DNA from: an uncultured archaeon
GTDB lineage: Archaea; Asgardarchaeota; Thorarchaeia; Thorarchaeales; Thorarchaeaceae
Assembly (NCBI GenBank): GCA_964610875.1
Contig: CAZSWP010000004.1
Coordinates: 1 to 64,000 of the forward strand
DNA: 64,000 bases
Direction of reading: 5' to 3'
The position numbers and the translations under genes were made by a program. The notes beneath the pieces are model-generated. The model did no database searches. It had not been told where the DNA came from and worked only from the letters and a program-made list of their open reading frames with translations. Below, piece after piece: positions 61,142 to 64,000 of the stretch; the stretch's first letter is position 1; every line of letters begins with the position of its first letter.

Positions 61142-62753
61142 AGAAAAGACTAAGACAACGGAATCCAGAGACATCACATCAGTGGACTCTGAGGAAGAAA
61201 AGAAAGATGATTCTGCTATCAGTACAGATAGGGACGAATTGTCCTCAGATATTTGCGGTGCATTACATGATTCTGGGCATCATGTCCATACCTACTCGAA
61301 TGGCGTTACTGTTGGAGCATTACTATCAGCAGTCAGAGGTGCCAGAAGTGTCTTAATTGACTTGGCATTTGTAGTGGACTGGCGTTCTTGGCCAATCAAA
61401 AGAGATGGCATTGCACTGAAAGCAGCTCTATTAGATACAATGAATAAGCCACTCGAGGAGATACTGGATGATATTGGCCTGAGCGATCAAATTAATACTG
61501 CACAAAAATACACTCCGAAAGGCAGAATCGAGATGACTACTCTTTCTGCTAGAGAAGGTCACTCTGGTTCTCATATTTTAGAAACACGCTCGGTCTATAT
61601 TGTAACAAATGGACCAAAACCTTCAATCGATTTGAACTGGCTCACCGCTTCTGAACGATGTGTTCCTTTCAATCAATTTGCGATGGCAAGAAAATCTGAT
61701 TCAAGAGCTTTTGTCAATGCAGCACAAAGTCGTGTCAAAAACGAGATTTGGGACTCGTATGAGAAGGGATATGAATTCGGAATATTTGGCACACTGCTAT
61801 CTATTTTCGCTTTAGTGTCACTCATTAGTGGAATCTATGTCTTGACAACTGGAATTGGTACATTTTGGGTTCCTATCGCATGTGCAAGCGCCGGTGGCTT
61901 CATCTCACTTCTAATTTTCTATATCAGCAGAAGACAACTTGATGCCTTTCTCTCCACATTGAATCAACAGAATAGAGATGTAGCGAAGATTGGAGACTAT
62001 TCTCGTTTGAAGACATCAGCAGAAGAATACCAGGATATATTAGCCAGACTCAGAGAGATGTCCTTCATCGTTTCTCCCCTAATGGCCTCATTAGGTGGTT
62101 CAATGGAGGTCGGTGATGTCGATAGTGCTATCAGTGCTGCTTCTACAATAATAGATGAATGTGTTCGTTTCTCTACTGGAAAAGTCGCAGATACTGGAGA
62201 TGAAGGTCTCTCACTATTCTTGAATTCTTTTCAGTCATTGAACAAAGATGCTGATATTGATGCTCTATCTGTTTGCTATGTGGGAGTTACTAATCATCTC
62301 ACCAATCCGGTATCAATGGAGGAAATGCTTAGCTATGGCACAACGCTCCTAAATGAGCTACATAATATTGGAGTCATTCCGCCTGAGATTCGAGCCAAGA
62401 TTGATGACAGGTTAAATGCACGAAGTATCAAATCTGCATTCGAATTGCTAGACAAAGCAGTTACAGAAGACAAGGATAAAGATACTATTACAGAGGATGA
62501 AGTCTTAGATGAGCTGGCTGAAGCCGATGATTCAGAAGATGTATCTGAAAGATTGGGCGAGGAAAAAGATCCAGGTCCTGCAGAGTCTGATTTAGACAAA
62601 ACAGCTGAAGATGAAGTCCCGATCATTATCGCAGAGGACGTTCCTGAAGATGCTGATGAAGAAGTGTTTCCTCCTGATGATGAAGATGATGTAGAAGTGA
62701 ATAAAGTTGCAGCTGATCTAGTGCGAAAAAGGAACAAAGAGCGTCGAAAATAA
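61128..62753 (+). CDS. Membrane protein with 2 central TM helices and very acidic tail
   Basis: Hydrophobic hairpin and D/E-rich C-terminus; GGTGA RBS. Confidence 0.7.
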   Translation: MATTEEKTKTTESRDITSVDSEEEKKDDSAISTDRDELSSDICGALHDSGHHVHTYSNGVTVGALLSAVRGARSVLIDLAFVVDWRSWPIKRDGIALKAALLDTMNKPLEEILDDIGLSDQINTAQKYTPKGRIEMTTLSAREGHSGSHILETRSVYIVTNGPKPSIDLNWLTASERCVPFNQFAMARKSDSRAFVNAAQSRVKNEIWDSYEKGYEFGIFGTLLSIFALVSLISGIYVLTTGIGTFWVPIACASAGGFISLLIFYISRRQLDAFLSTLNQQNRDVAKIGDYSRLKTSAEEYQDILARLREMSFIVSPLMASLGGSMEVGDVDSAISAASTIIDECVRFSTGKVADTGDEGLSLFLNSFQSLNKDADIDALSVCYVGVTNHLTNPVSMEEMLSYGTTLLNELHNIGVIPPEIRAKIDDRLNARSIKSAFELLDKAVTEDKDKDTITEDEVLDELAEADDSEDVSERLGEEKDPGPAESDLDKTAEDEVPIIIAEDVPEDADEEVFPPDDEDDVEVNKVAADLVRKRNKERRK

Positions 62754-62767
62754 CATGAGGTGATAGT

Positions 62768-63451
62768 GTGAAAATTCCTCAAGAATTGTCTACTTTGCTG
62801 CGAAATGGTGGTCTGATACATGTTTCCGGACCTGCGGGTGCCGGAAAAACCATGTTCGCTATTGCCATCGCATCAGAGATGTTACAGCAAGGAGATGTTC
62901 ATTGGGTCGCTGCAGATGCAAAGATTGCATTTACTTCAATCTTGAAAGAGAACGTGAGCCTGACTTCTGGTGATCCAAGTCGCTTGACATTGAATATTCC
63001 TACAGGTCATGCTGAGGTACAAGAATCAATCAGATCTGCGGCAAATGCTACTAGCGATATGACGAAATTGATAATCATCGATCCGATTACAAGGTCTCTT
63101 GATTTAGCACGCGATGATGATCTTATGTGGGGTCAACCCCTTTTTGAGGAGATCTTGCCTACATTGGCGGCAATATCTGGGGGGAAAGGCATTCCTATTA
63201 TTATAACAAGCGAGGTCCGGAGGTTTCCATCCGGCGAGGATGTACCTATCCATTGGAATAGTATTCGTAAATGGTCTGACATGGAGCTTCGTCTCTCTGG
63301 TCGACCTAAACTTGGGCCTAGAGTTATTGAGGTATTTCGTGAAGAGAAATGGGATTCCTATTTGGAAATGACAGTGGATGAAACAGGATTGGTGCAGCTC
63401 ATAGACAACAAATTGGAGGTTTTCGAGTGTTCGGAAAGTTGTCCCGTATAA
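62768..63451 (+). CDS. RadB-like RecA-superfamily ATPase
   Basis: 'GPAGAGKT', 'LIIIDP', 'IIITSEVR'; no N-terminal HhH domain. Confidence 0.75.
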   Translation: MKIPQELSTLLRNGGLIHVSGPAGAGKTMFAIAIASEMLQQGDVHWVAADAKIAFTSILKENVSLTSGDPSRLTLNIPTGHAEVQESIRSAANATSDMTKLIIIDPITRSLDLARDDDLMWGQPLFEEILPTLAAISGGKGIPIIITSEVRRFPSGEDVPIHWNSIRKWSDMELRLSGRPKLGPRVIEVFREEKWDSYLEMTVDETGLVQLIDNKLEVFECSESCPV

Positions 63452-64000
63452 TGATATACGCAGTCATTGGTGCAGGTGTGCTGGTTTTTAGCACTCAGGT
63501 TTTGAGTATAGCAGTGGACATGGCGATAGCTCTCCAATATGGAGAATATGCATCATTGGTGTTTCTTGGTTTGCTTGCAGTTATTTGTCTAAGACTTTCA
63601 AAGAACGCAGATAAGGAGCGATCAATTCCAAAGATGATAGCTAAGATAATTGGTAGTTTTTCTATGATACTCATCGTTTTTGTTGTGTTCTTAGCAAATC
63701 TAAGAAGCGGGGTGTTTGTTGGGCTTCTTTCAGGTACGATGGTGCTTGGCGTGATTTACGTGATGACCAATACATCAGATGTTGTCCTGTTAGCAAAAGA
63801 TGTTTTTCGAGGAACAATAAAAGTTCCTCTCAAAGGAACAAATAGAACGCAGTTGGTTAAGCAAGTAATCAGCTCAAAGAATAGACTCGTATATCTAATT
63901 CCCTCAAACTATTGGGAAAAAATGATTGAAATTCTTCGTGTACGTCCATTGTTACCTGTAGCTCTGGTTCATCTTCATGAAGAGGACATCCTAGTTGTAA
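63427..64000 (+). CDS. Multi-pass membrane protein (runs off the window)
   Basis: GGAGGT RBS then GTG; open to the window end; about 4 hydrophobic helices by manual translation. Confidence 0.65.
   Translation, partial: MFGKLSRIMIYAVIGAGVLVFSTQVLSIAVDMAIALQYGEYASLVFLGLLAVICLRLSKNADKERSIPKMIAKIIGSFSMILIVFVVFLANLRSGVFVGLLSGTMVLGVIYVMTNTSDVVLLAKDVFRGTIKVPLKGTNRTQLVKQVISSKNRLVYLIPSNYWEKMIEILRVRPLLPVALVHLHEEDILVV

Noticed and set aside
1-64000. Short antisense or overlapping ORFs in the track; CRISPR arrays, 16S/23S rRNA, integrases
   Set aside because: The short ORFs shadow well-supported genes; no repeat-spacer array, large rRNA or integrase/transposase motif was recognised

Overview
Archaeal chromosomal segment, most likely Asgard/Thorarchaeia (inferred from a TPR+longin-like protein, an LRR protein, Thr-rich C-terminal membrane anchors and GGAGG/GGTGA-type RBSs; no database search was run). 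Positions 1-41.8 kb are mostly metabolic and envelope genes: thiolase/DUF35/acyl-CoA dehydrogenase, a LeuA-family synthase, two OsmC genes, an ABC exporter, NadE, an S8 protease, a FAD oxidoreductase with a CCG Fe-S partner, and a cysteine synthase. This part also holds several pseudogenes, an orphan Pycsar-type effector and an unclassified ~125-nt structured RNA candidate at 12.5 kb. The most interesting region is 42-64 kb. Two ~97-bp near-identical inverted copies (94/97) of a long G·U-rich hairpin element bracket a divergent pair of genes (Lrp-like regulator and LRR protein). One copy points into a GH3 amido-synthetase/ThiF unit. The other points into a >13.6-kb translationally coupled operon encoding a divergent RadA, a Zn-ribbon/wHTH protein, an Fe-S XPD-like helicase, several membrane proteins, a Walker-A-degenerate HerA/VirB4-like protein, a Hel308-like helicase with a SWIM finger and a RadB-like ATPase. 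This is a candidate membrane-linked DNA uptake/exchange and recombination system. Function is inferred, not shown.
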